A stretch of DNA of 64,000 nt. It comes from Nitrospiraceae bacterium (GTDB taxonomy: Bacteria > Nitrospirota > Nitrospiria > Nitrospirales > Nitrospiraceae). The stretch lies in NCBI GenBank assembly GCA_050246315.1, contig JBFWWG010000001.1, positions 352,001 through 416,000 on the forward strand, written 5' to 3'. The position numbers were made by a program, and so were the translations under genes. This document shows, one piece after another, positions 48,642-57,324 of the stretch. Each line of letters opens with the position of its first letter. Positions within the stretch are counted from its first letter, which is position 1. Below the pieces are notes generated by a model. It saw only the letters and a list, made by a program, of their open reading frames with translations, ran no database searches and was not told where the DNA came from.

Positions 48642-49013
48642 TCAACCCTTTTTCCCAGTATCGTAGTAGAACCGCTCATGGACGATCTTGCCGTTGTTCC
48701 ACTTCGCCACGGCCACCTGTTCCATGTGGACCGGCTGGCCGTTCGTGGCGATGAAGTCCATCGTGCTTTCGTAGAACGTCACGTTGTCACCTGCCGCGCT
48801 GGCCTTGACGGAAAACCCCTTCCATTCCTTGACTCCGTTCAGAAACTGTTTCTCCCGCTCGATGTTAGCCGCCAGTCCTTTCGTCGGAGGGTTGGCATTG
48901 TCCTGCATCACCGTATCCTTGTCGTAGAACTCGTTCATCGCCTCAATGATCTTGCCGTTGCGGATGTGGTCGAGCAAGTCCTGGAGTCGTTGCTGAAGAT
49001 GGGTTGTGCTCAT
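48642..49013 (-). CDS. SnoaL-like/NTF2 domain protein
   Basis: EQVAVAKWNNGKIVHERFYY. Confidence 0.85.
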   Translation of the reverse strand: MSTTHLQQRLQDLLDHIRNGKIIEAMNEFYDKDTVMQDNANPPTKGLAANIEREKQFLNGVKEWKGFSVKASAAGDNVTFYESTMDFIATNGQPVHMEQVAVAKWNNGKIVHERFYYDTGKKG

Positions 49014-49450
49014 CGCGTCTTCTCCTTTCGTGCTGTGTGGTTTGACATGAACCTAATGCCCAGCTCCTGCACCTCTCGATAGGGGAGGAGCCAGACCAAG
49101 GACTCGTCGCTCAGATCGCCGACCTGGATGCGATTGCCCCATGGATCCCGGAAGTCGCAACGAAAGTCAGGATGGAGTTTTAACTTGTACTTCTTCGTCA
49201 GCTTCTTGCGCACTTCCTGAATCTGTTTCGCATCCCGCACCATGAGCCCGAAGTGCTTGACGCGATCCGGCTGTAGCTTCTCAACTTCGAAGATGGCGAG
49301 GAACTGATGCTCCCCCAATTTGCACCACGCCGCACCCTCGCCGCCCTGGAGCATCTTCAGGCCGAACACATCGGAATAGAACTTCACCGCCTTTTTAGCA
49401 TCCGTGACTTCGATCACGACGTGGTTGCATCCGTAGACCTCAACTGCCAT
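49010..49450 (-). CDS. VOC family protein
   Basis: NHVVIEV..FYSDVFGL, HFGL, FRDPWGNRIQ. Confidence 0.82.
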   Translation of the reverse strand: MAVEVYGCNHVVIEVTDAKKAVKFYSDVFGLKMLQGGEGAAWCKLGEHQFLAIFEVEKLQPDRVKHFGLMVRDAKQIQEVRKKLTKKYKLKLHPDFRCDFRDPWGNRIQVGDLSDESLVWLLPYREVQELGIRFMSNHTARKEKTR

Positions 49451-49476
49451 AGCCGGTTTCTCCTTCCTGGACGCAC

Positions 49477-50139
49477 CTATGACGCGGCGCGCGTGGCGAG
49501 GACCTCGCTCATCCAGGCGGCCAATTTCGGTGGCGGGTGGGCGCCGGACAGTCCCGGCCCGTCGCCGATGATAAAGTAGGGCACGGCGCGAATCCCCAGT
49601 CGCAGGCCACGCTGCTCCTCCTCCCGCACCGCCGCGCCGCTCTCCTCGCTCTCCAGGCAACGTTCGCTCTGTTCGCGATCGAGGCCGGCCCGCACGACCA
49701 GCTCCACCAGCACCGCCCGCTCGCTCAGGTCCGTTCCTTCTTCGAAATAGCCCTTGAACAGGGATTCCACGACTGCATCCTGCAGACCCTGTCCTCCGGC
49801 AGCCCAGACCAAGCGGTGCGCATCGAAGGTGTTGGGGGTGCGCGGAATGCGGTCGAATGCGAAGGCGATACCGGATTGCCGTCCCGCCTCCCGCACATGC
49901 TCCAGCATGGACTCCACCGCCTGATGGCTTCCGAACTTGGTCTCCATATAAGTCTTCCGATCCATCCCCCGGCTCGGCATCGTCGGGTTAAGCTCGAAGG
50001 GACGCCACCGCACTTCGACGGTGCCGCGAAGGCCGGCCAGTTCCAGCGCAGCCTCCAGGCGCCGCTTTCCGACATAGCACCAAGGGCAGATGACGTCCGA
50101 GTAGATCTCGATAAGAGGTGTGTCTGTCTGCTGCTCCAC
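49477..50139 (-). CDS. DsbA-family (FrnE-like) oxidoreductase
   Basis: SDVICPWCYVGKRRL, PFELNP, NTFDAHRL, VPYF. Confidence 0.9.
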   Translation of the reverse strand: MEQQTDTPLIEIYSDVICPWCYVGKRRLEAALELAGLRGTVEVRWRPFELNPTMPSRGMDRKTYMETKFGSHQAVESMLEHVREAGRQSGIAFAFDRIPRTPNTFDAHRLVWAAGGQGLQDAVVESLFKGYFEEGTDLSERAVLVELVVRAGLDREQSERCLESEESGAAVREEEQRGLRLGIRAVPYFIIGDGPGLSGAHPPPKLAAWMSEVLATRAAS

Positions 50140-50175
50140 GTGAGAATCCCCTTTCAGGTCCGGCGGAGTTTGGGA

Positions 50176-51057
50176 TTAGGACAAGTGTCCCATCTTGCCC
50201 GCTCGATAATCGTTCATGGCCTGGACCAGCTCCGCCTGTGTATTCATGACGAACGGCCCATAGCGCGCGATCGGCTCATCGATCGGCTCTCCGCTCAGCA
50301 CCAAGATGGTCGCGTCCGATTTCGCCTCGAGCGTCACCCGCTCTCCATCCTGGCCGAACAGGACAATCTCGACTTCTCGCACGGATTGCGACCCGTTCAC
50401 CCGCACTTCTCCGTGCAGCACGAAAACCGCCGAGTTGAACCCTTCGGGCAGCGGCAGCTCGACCTGATGCCCTGCCGCAAGCCGCAGATCGTACAGGTGG
50501 ACCGGGCTGAACGTCTTGGCCGGTCCCGTGACGGCGCGGAATTCCCCGGCGATCACGCGCAACTGTCCGGCTTCTCCGCCGAGGTCCACCGAAGGAATGT
50601 CGTCGCTCATCAGCGTCTGATACCCCGGCTTCGACATCTTGAATGCCTTCGGCAGGTTCACCCAGAGCTGGATGCCCTCCAGCAGTCCGCCGCGCGTGGC
50701 AAACTCCTTGTCGTGCAATTCCTCATGCACGATGCCGGAGGCGGCGGTCATCCACTGCACGTCGCCCGGGCCGATAACACCCCCGCTTCCGGTCGAGTCA
50801 CGGTGCGCGACCTTCCCGTGATACATGATCGTGACCGTTTCGAAACCCCGGTGCGGATGTTCGCCCACGCCGAGCTGCCGGTCAGTCGGCGGAAAATGAT
50901 GCGGACCCATATAGTCCAACAGCAAAAATGGGGACAGTTGCTCCTCCACGCCGGCGCCCGGAATCATGTTGCGCACCGGGAAACCGTCCCCGACCATATG
51001 TCGGGACCCCGGTTGATAGACTCCCAGAATGTTCTTCTCCGCCGTCTTGATCGTCAT
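50176..51057 (-). CDS. Pirin family protein
   Basis: PFLLLDY, HPHRGFETVT, HEE, QLWVNLP, YGPFVMNT. Confidence 0.94.
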   Translation of the reverse strand: MTIKTAEKNILGVYQPGSRHMVGDGFPVRNMIPGAGVEEQLSPFLLLDYMGPHHFPPTDRQLGVGEHPHRGFETVTIMYHGKVAHRDSTGSGGVIGPGDVQWMTAASGIVHEELHDKEFATRGGLLEGIQLWVNLPKAFKMSKPGYQTLMSDDIPSVDLGGEAGQLRVIAGEFRAVTGPAKTFSPVHLYDLRLAAGHQVELPLPEGFNSAVFVLHGEVRVNGSQSVREVEIVLFGQDGERVTLEAKSDATILVLSGEPIDEPIARYGPFVMNTQAELVQAMNDYRAGKMGHLS

Positions 51058-51479
51058 GATGGCACCTCCGAAATCGACGCCTGCGCCGTTCGACTGAGGT
51101 CTACTGTTCGCTCGATCCGCTCCTTCATCCTTGCCTTCGGTAGGGCGCCCACAAACCGGTCCTTGATCTGTCCCTGATCGAACAGGATCAGGGTCGGAAT
51201 CGATTGAACGCCGAACTGCTGCGCCAGCTCAGGATTCTCGTCCACGTTCACCTTTGCCACCCTGACGGCGCCGTTCCATTCACGAGCCAGTTCGTCCAGA
51301 ATCGGCGCCACCATCCGGCAGGGTCCACACCAGACGGCCCAAAAATCCACCAACACGGGCACGGGCGAGCGGAGAACCTCCTGCTCAAACGTCGCACCGG
51401 TGACGGCTGTCGTTGCTGATGTCTCCATCCCTTTTCCCTGGTTCGCCCGCATGGGCACCTCCTCCATCCGCTCGTTCAT
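51054..51479 (-). CDS. trxA: Thioredoxin
   Basis: VDFWAVWCGPC, SIPTL; start uncertain. Confidence 0.92.
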   Translation of the reverse strand: MNERMEEVPMRANQGKGMETSATTAVTGATFEQEVLRSPVPVLVDFWAVWCGPCRMVAPILDELAREWNGAVRVAKVNVDENPELAQQFGVQSIPTLILFDQGQIKDRFVGALPKARMKERIERTVDLSRTAQASISEVPS

Positions 51480-51536
51480 CCTCCTGCTTCGGCGAGCCTC
51501 ACCTTGCTCCCGATTCTGACGATCGACGGGGGCCGA

Positions 51537-52397
51537 TTACGCCGTCATCTTCGAAAGTGCCTGCGAGAGCGTGACGACTCCGCGCACGACCGACTCGGGG
51601 TATTCATATCCGATTGATCCGTTTACGAACCCTCGATACAGTTCCTCAAAGAGCGCCGCGGCTTCGTCCGAGAACCCGAAGGACTTGAACGTCGGCACGA
51701 CTTCACTTAAAGGCGCGAGTTGGGTCGTCACCGGTCGTTTGAAGAGTTGACTTAACGCCGCCGCCACCTGTTCCGGGCTGTAAGCCTCAGGCCCGGACAA
51801 CTCCAGGACCTCACGACCGCGCGGACCGGCCATGAGCCGCTCTGCGGCGATGCGGCCGATGTCCTGAGTCGAGATCATCGGAATCTTCATGTCCGGCGGA
51901 ATGAACGTCGGCAGCAGACCCTGTGTCTTGGCGACATCGAGAACCGGCTCCCAGTTCTCGAAAAAATACGCCGGCCGCAGGAACGTGATGTTCTTCGCGA
52001 CCGCCCCGAGCTTCGCTTCCGCGTCTCGCTCCGCAAGGATCGGCCCCGTGCCTTCCGGCAACTGGGCTCCCTCCGAGGAGAGAAACACCACATGCGCGAT
52101 CCCACTCTCCTTCACGGCCTGCGCTACCAGGTCGAGGATGCGCCGCTGCTCCTCCAACCATGACACCGCGGCATAGTTTGGGGGCGCCAGCAGGTAGACA
52201 CCCTGGGCTCCCGCCAACGCCTTCATCATCGCGATGCGGTCCTGATACGAGGCGACCGCCACCTCCGCGCCCCTGGCTTTCCAGGAGGCGCCCTTTTCTG
52301 GAGCACGCACCACCACCCGGACCGACTGGCCTTGACTGAGCAGCGTCTCCGCTACCGTGGAGCCTGTATGCCCCGTTGGACCCAGGACCACGTACAT
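51537..52397 (-). CDS. NmrA-family NAD(P)H-binding protein
   Basis: VLGPTGHTG, LRPAYFFEN, ISTQDIG. Confidence 0.85.
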   Translation of the reverse strand: MYVVLGPTGHTGSTVAETLLSQGQSVRVVVRAPEKGASWKARGAEVAVASYQDRIAMMKALAGAQGVYLLAPPNYAAVSWLEEQRRILDLVAQAVKESGIAHVVFLSSEGAQLPEGTGPILAERDAEAKLGAVAKNITFLRPAYFFENWEPVLDVAKTQGLLPTFIPPDMKIPMISTQDIGRIAAERLMAGPRGREVLELSGPEAYSPEQVAAALSQLFKRPVTTQLAPLSEVVPTFKSFGFSDEAAALFEELYRGFVNGSIGYEYPESVVRGVVTLSQALSKMTA

Positions 52398-52507
52398 GAT
52401 GCGGCCTCCTTTTCGATGGCGCATTCCATGAGCCCGTCCATGGCGTTCAGCCTGACGGAGAACGCTCTCGCAATCAAGAGGCGATCCGAGGATGTGCTCA
52501 TGACCCC

Positions 52508-52538
52508 AGTATAATAGTTCTAGTTAGAACAGAGTCAA
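52508..52538 (-). promoter_or_regulatory. Promoter with palindromic operator driving the nmrA-trxA-pirin operon
   Basis: TTGACT-19-TATACT with GTTCTA-AC-TAGAAC in the spacer. Confidence 0.6.
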
Positions 52539-52770
52539 GTGGGTCTGCCCGAGTATCGAGGATATTGATGAAGCGGAAAGATCGTCGGGTCGCACATGCC
52601 GGACTGTCTCGGGCCGCTGCGCCAATTCGACCAACTGATCTGAAGTGGCTATTCCTCCCCTCAGTCGTTCCGTCGGCCGATCGCGCGCTTGCGCAGGCGG
52701 CAAGCCTCCCCTACGATGCCGCCCCGGAAGCGCTCACGAAACTTTTGATTCTGACTCGGAGGATTGCCAG

Positions 52771-53407
52771 GTGACGTTGCGGAGAACGTGGGTGTGGTTG
52801 CTGCTCAGCGGAACGATCGGCTGCACCACGATGGCAACTGTGACGAACGTGCGCGACCAGCCTTGCCGGCAGTATTTCGCTGCGGACTTGTCCGAAATTC
52901 TGGTCGAGGAGGGAGAGGAGCCGGAGCGGGCTCAAACAATCGTCGATCATGCCGAGAAGATCGGCTCGGTCTTCGACTATGGACCTCGGCCTTTTTCGGT
53001 CAGCTCCCAGTCGGGGACCGACTATTCATTCTTCGTGGAGAAACCAGGCGAGGAGTGCCTCTTGCGACTCTAGCCCACATGATTCATGACGGTTCGTGAC
53101 GAAACCGACAAGACGCCACGCGTCGGACTCATTGCATGGAGAAGCGCAATGGGTACCCCCACGTGGAGCCCCGAGGGGGCGAAGCATACGTGAAACAGTA
53201 TGTTGAGACCATGAGGGGCGAGCCTGCCCGCCAGCATGCGTTCCAAACCGCATGCTGGCTCGTCGCAGCGGCGTATCGGCGGTTGCAGTAGAAGCGTTCA
53301 TGAATCATGTGGGCTAGGGAAGGCAGAAGGGCTTCACGCGCTATACGAACAACCTGACCTACATCCGCACGAAGAAACTCGCCGGCTGCCAATGCCGCAT
53401 AGAGTAG
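52771..53407 (+). pseudogene. Putative lipoprotein interrupted by MITE copy G
   Basis: Lipobox-like TIGC; ..CLLRL, element, then in-frame GRQKGFTRYTNNLTYI..CQCRIE*. Confidence 0.6.
53074..53313. mobile_element. MITE-like element, copy G (complete, CTAG duplication)
   Basis: CTAG-CCCACATGATTCATGA..TCATGAATCATGTGGG-CTAG. Confidence 0.85.
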
Positions 53408-53503
53408 ACCATGCGGGAAGGCCTTGGAATGAATCCAATTATTTGACGAGTCGCTTCAGCAAGGTTAGACTGCTGCCCCGCGCGACCGCGAATTCGATCT
53501 CCC

Positions 53504-54112
53504 ATGCCTATCACCAGAAATCACGTAGATTCAGCACGGTTCAATCCAAAAGCCACATTACCGTTCGAACTCCGCCTCAAAGACTTTGAGATGGCCATGC
53601 AGGATGTGTACGACTTCTCTTACGACATCAATTGTGGCCTGGTGGACCGGGGCTTCTTGCGACTCGACGACCTGTTGCGTCCGGCAATCATGTCCGGACT
53701 CTTGTCCGACATGCTGACCGCCAGTCTCGGCAAACACTCACGAACTCTGACCACGAATCTCTATCATCATGGACATCCCGACTTGATCGTCAATGGCATC
53801 TATCCGGATAACAAGGTAAAGGCGGGAAGAGAAGGCGTCGAGGTGAAGACGACTCGGAAGTCGGGGGGCGCCGTTGATACACATGGAGCACGAGCTCAAT
53901 GGATGTGCGTCTATGTGTATGAAACGGACGGGATGACGCAGGCCGCCAGAGACCGCAAGCCGATGACGTTCACGGAGATCTATCGCGGAAAAGTTGACCT
54001 GAAGGATTTCAGGAAGAACCCCCGTGGCGAACTTGGAACCCGCACCGCAACCTTACATAGGCATGGAATTGAAAAACTGCGGAAGAACTGGGTTTACAAA
54101 TTGAGGGAATAG
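53504..54112 (+). CDS. Putative type II restriction endonuclease (PD-(D/E)XK)
   Basis: HPDLI..GVEVKTT; convergent with and overlapping a DNA methyltransferase. Confidence 0.7.
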   Translation: MPITRNHVDSARFNPKATLPFELRLKDFEMAMQDVYDFSYDINCGLVDRGFLRLDDLLRPAIMSGLLSDMLTASLGKHSRTLTTNLYHHGHPDLIVNGIYPDNKVKAGREGVEVKTTRKSGGAVDTHGARAQWMCVYVYETDGMTQAARDRKPMTFTEIYRGKVDLKDFRKNPRGELGTRTATLHRHGIEKLRKNWVYKLRE

Positions 54113-55263
54113 TGTGTTCCGTTCTTGAATCCCGCGAGCTTGGGCAAGGCCCGCCGTGCCATCTCAAAGTAATGAGGGTCTTTCTCGATTCCGATGCTCG
54201 GATAACCCACGGCTTCTGCAGCCGCTAGGGTTGATCCAGCTCCACAAAATGGATCGAGTACTGTTCCCTCTCCAAGCGGGAGTACGCCACGAACCACGAT
54301 CCGCAGAAACTGCTGGGGTTTGAGGCTGGGGTGCGGCGCCAGCATCCGTTCGGATTTATGGGTCGGCGCCGACGGGATCACGTCTCCAAACGGCCTGTCC
54401 TGGGAAGGTCTCCGAAATCCTCCTGTTCCCCACTTGCGAAGATTATCCTGCACACGACCTTCGAGCGGCCTTCGGAATAACAACCATGGTTCCCACATCG
54501 ATCGAGGCATGACGCTGACTCCTGAAAATTCCTCATGTGCCGCCTTCGGCCTGTCGCCACCGCGCATGGTCATCACAAGACGCACAATCTCCCCGCGCCT
54601 TTCGAGGCCGGCCTTCGCGAGCGCACCTGAAACTACATAGGAGAGCAGGGGATTTGAGGCGACTACCACATTGGCTCCCGGTACCAGCACCGGCATCAGC
54701 AATCGCGCCCATTCGTAAAAGAATCCTTCCAGCGCCAGAAGGTCTTGGTTAGACAGTACCGTAAAGCGTGGAAGCGGGGAACGGCGCGTTCCGTCAAATG
54801 AAGGAGGAATGCGCCAGACTCCTCCTTTTCCGCGCCGCAGCTTTTCCTGCTGCTCCGACGAATACTCACATAGGCCGTATGGAGGGTCAGTGACGACAGC
54901 ATGGACGCTATTCGGTGCTTGCGTCCGAAGCCAGGCTAGACAATCAGCTTCGAGCAGGTGGGCGCCCCCGTAAAAAAAACTGCGCCAATAGTCTGGCCGA
55001 GTCTCGGCAATCCGTTCTGTAGTCCTCTCATCTACAGTCGTCCGTAACCCATAGTGCCCCCTCGATGTACGGACAAACAAGGACGGTGTGTTGAGTCGCA
55101 AGTAGGAGCGGATACTGGAGGAGGCTGCGCTTCCAATCAAATCGGTGACTTGTCGTTCGATCTGATGAACAGAGGCGCCGTGGGTTGTCGCTGAAAGAAC
55201 CGAAATAATGGCGTCTCTGACTTCTCCCGGCCGTCGTTTCGCATTCGTCACCGACATAGACAT
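54094..55263 (-). CDS. N6-A/N4-C DNA methyltransferase (beta class) with N-terminal HTH-like domain
   Basis: VVTDPPY precedes HPSLKP and VLDPFCGAGST; N-terminal winged-HTH-like segment. Confidence 0.9.
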   Translation of the reverse strand: MSMSVTNAKRRPGEVRDAIISVLSATTHGASVHQIERQVTDLIGSAASSSIRSYLRLNTPSLFVRTSRGHYGLRTTVDERTTERIAETRPDYWRSFFYGGAHLLEADCLAWLRTQAPNSVHAVVTDPPYGLCEYSSEQQEKLRRGKGGVWRIPPSFDGTRRSPLPRFTVLSNQDLLALEGFFYEWARLLMPVLVPGANVVVASNPLLSYVVSGALAKAGLERRGEIVRLVMTMRGGDRPKAAHEEFSGVSVMPRSMWEPWLLFRRPLEGRVQDNLRKWGTGGFRRPSQDRPFGDVIPSAPTHKSERMLAPHPSLKPQQFLRIVVRGVLPLGEGTVLDPFCGAGSTLAAAEAVGYPSIGIEKDPHYFEMARRALPKLAGFKNGTHYSLNL

Positions 55264-55285
55264 GATAGGGTGCGACGAAGACCAT

Positions 55286-55308
55286 GACGTCTAGACGTCT
55301 TCTGTCAA
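55286..55308 (-). promoter_or_regulatory. Methyltransferase promoter with perfect 14-bp palindrome
   Basis: TTGACA followed by GACGTCTAGACGTC, 22 nt before the ATG. Confidence 0.55.
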
Positions 55309-55348
55309 AGTCAGCAAACGAGAAAAGTTTTGGTAGATCCCCCGCTGT

Positions 55349-55834
55349 TCACCGCCGCTCTTTCATCGCCCGTGCCACTTCGCGCCCGGCCTCGCGCGAC
55401 TTGATCGACTCCCGCCGGTCGTAATGTTTCTTCCCTTTGGCGAGGGCGATCTCCACCTTCGCCTGCCCGCGCTTGCTGAAATAGATCTTGAGCGGCACGA
55501 TGGTGAGGCCCTTCTGCTGGGTTCGGCCCATGAGCTTGTTGATTTCCTTCCGATGCAGCAACAACTTGCGGGAACGCGTCGGGTCATGGTTCATGATGTT
55601 GCCGTGGCTGTAGGGGCTGATGTGGCAGTTGTGCAGGAAGACTTCGCCGTCCTTGATCGCGGCGAAACTGTCTTGAAGATTCACCCGCCCTTCCCGGATC
55701 GATTTCACCTCCGTGCCGCGGAGCACGATGCCGGCCTCGAAAGTCTCTTCGACGGCGTAATCGTGATAGGCCTTGCGGTTGGTGGCGGCGATCTTGTATC
55801 GCTCGCTGTCCTTCTCTTTATCGCTCTTGGTCAT
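55349..55834 (-). CDS. smpB: SsrA-binding protein
   Basis: [39 protein letters not shown]. Confidence 0.97.
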   Translation of the reverse strand: MTKSDKEKDSERYKIAATNRKAYHDYAVEETFEAGIVLRGTEVKSIREGRVNLQDSFAAIKDGEVFLHNCHISPYSHGNIMNHDPTRSRKLLLHRKEINKLMGRTQQKGLTIVPLKIYFSKRGQAKVEIALAKGKKHYDRRESIKSREAGREVARAMKERR

Positions 55835-55877
55835 AGGAGCCGCACTCTACCATGCCCGGTCCGGGGTCGAAAGCTAG

Positions 55878-56147
55878 CCCATATTATTCATGACCGCTTC
55901 TACTGGAACCGCCGATACGCCGCTGCAACAAGGCTCCATGCGGCTTCTAGCGCATGGAGGCGCAGGCTCGCCGCTCGGCCCCGGGAAAGGGCGCATGCTG
56001 ATGCGCCGGGGCTGGGTGGGTGCGATCGAGGACATACTGTTTGGGGGACAGGCTCCGCGTGGGGGTACCCATTGCTCTTCTCCATGCAATGGGTCCGACG
56101 CGTGGCGTCTTGTCGGTTTCGTCACGAACCGTCATAAAAAATGTGGG
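55878..56147. mobile_element. MITE-like element, copy H (inverted relative to G)
   Basis: CTAG-CCCATATTATTCATGAC..GTCATAAAAAATGTGGG; long near-identical stretches with the reverse complement of G. Confidence 0.82.
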
Positions 56148-56191
56148 GCAAGGTTGACCCGCCTACGGAGGCTGATTAAGATGCCCCCACG

Positions 56192-56689
56192 ATGGCACCT
56201 CCGAAGGGGTTTGATTCCTTCAGCACAATCCTCGACGCCGTGGCGGAACGCCTCGGCATCAGGGCGAAGCTTCTCGAACAGCGGCTCCGGCGCGATTGGG
56301 TGGAGATTGTCGGGGAGCAGGTGGCGGCCCATACGAGGCCTGAGCAGATCCGGTATCGGAAGCTGTCCGTCCTGGTCGACCATTCGGTCTGGATGCAGCA
56401 GCTCGCGTTCTTGAAGCCGGACCTCTTGCGGCAGATCCGGGTGTCGGTCGGAGAGGACCTCGTGCAGGACCTGCTCTTTCGCATCGGCGACCTCTCGCGC
56501 ATTCCATTGCTGGAGCCCGCTTCGACGTCGTCCCGCATCGACCCGGCCCCCGAGCCCTCTACGCAGCTCGTGCAGGAAGTCGCCAGCCGCACCGGCCGGA
56601 TCATGGACCCCGAGCTACGTGCCAGATTTACAGCGGTGATAGCGAAGGCGCTCGTGACGGCTCAGCCGACGCGGGAAGGGGATCGGTGA
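56192..56689 (+). CDS. DUF721/DciA-like protein
   Basis: DWVEIVGEQVAAHTRP..LSVLV..SVWMQQLAF; close to the origin genes. Confidence 0.82.
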   Translation: MAPPKGFDSFSTILDAVAERLGIRAKLLEQRLRRDWVEIVGEQVAAHTRPEQIRYRKLSVLVDHSVWMQQLAFLKPDLLRQIRVSVGEDLVQDLLFRIGDLSRIPLLEPASTSSRIDPAPEPSTQLVQEVASRTGRIMDPELRARFTAVIAKALVTAQPTREGDR

Positions 56690-57278
56690 CAGCCCCCTTG
56701 AACAGTTCGCGCGAGTAGGCTGCCGTCGCGGCATTGCCGCCGTCCTTCACCAGCGGGCCGATGCGGCCCTCTTCCTGATCTCCCCGCAGCGAGTAGTATC
56801 CCCGCATCGCATTCTCAAACGACTTGCGAAAGTCCAGTTCCGCCGGCTCCGTGGAATCCGCCGCGGCCAAATAGCGGTGGAGCATCTGCGGCTCCGCCCA
56901 GGCATCATGTGGAAAGATGTACAGCGTGATGGCCTGATAACGGCCCTTGGGATCATTCGGCGTCGTCGGCTGGATCTTCATGGCGCCGAAGTTCTTGGTC
57001 TCGTGCGCGACCTTGCGAAACCGCCGGATCAAGGTTTCGATTTCCGGATCACTCGTCCAGGGCGGTACATGCACAGCCACCGCCGCCCCTTCCTGGGAGC
57101 CGATGCTGTAAGGCGGGATACTCCGGTCGGGCCGGCTCAGGTACATGCCGCCCCAGATCAGGAGGAATGACCCGACGAAGACGCTCAGGCCCAGCTTCAC
57201 GACCGTGTCGAGCCGGGACCACCACCCGAACGGCCAGGTCGATGGAGAAACATGGCGACGGGGAGCCGGCTGGGTCAT
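56628..57278 (-). CDS. Membrane-anchored hypothetical protein
   Basis: Single TM segment, downstream of gyrA, plausible composition. Confidence 0.65.
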   Translation of the reverse strand: MTQPAPRRHVSPSTWPFGWWSRLDTVVKLGLSVFVGSFLLIWGGMYLSRPDRSIPPYSIGSQEGAAVAVHVPPWTSDPEIETLIRRFRKVAHETKNFGAMKIQPTTPNDPKGRYQAITLYIFPHDAWAEPQMLHRYLAAADSTEPAELDFRKSFENAMRGYYSLRGDQEEGRIGPLVKDGGNAATAAYSRELFKGAVTDPLPASAEPSRAPSLSPL

Positions 57279-57324
57279 TGGGATGGACCGAGACTGGTGG
57301 GGCAATCTGTCTCAATGGAGCGGA

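Noticed and set aside
55264..56191. tmRNA (ssrA) or tRNA near smpB
   Set aside because: No tRNA-like ends recognised; the gap is filled by MITE copy H
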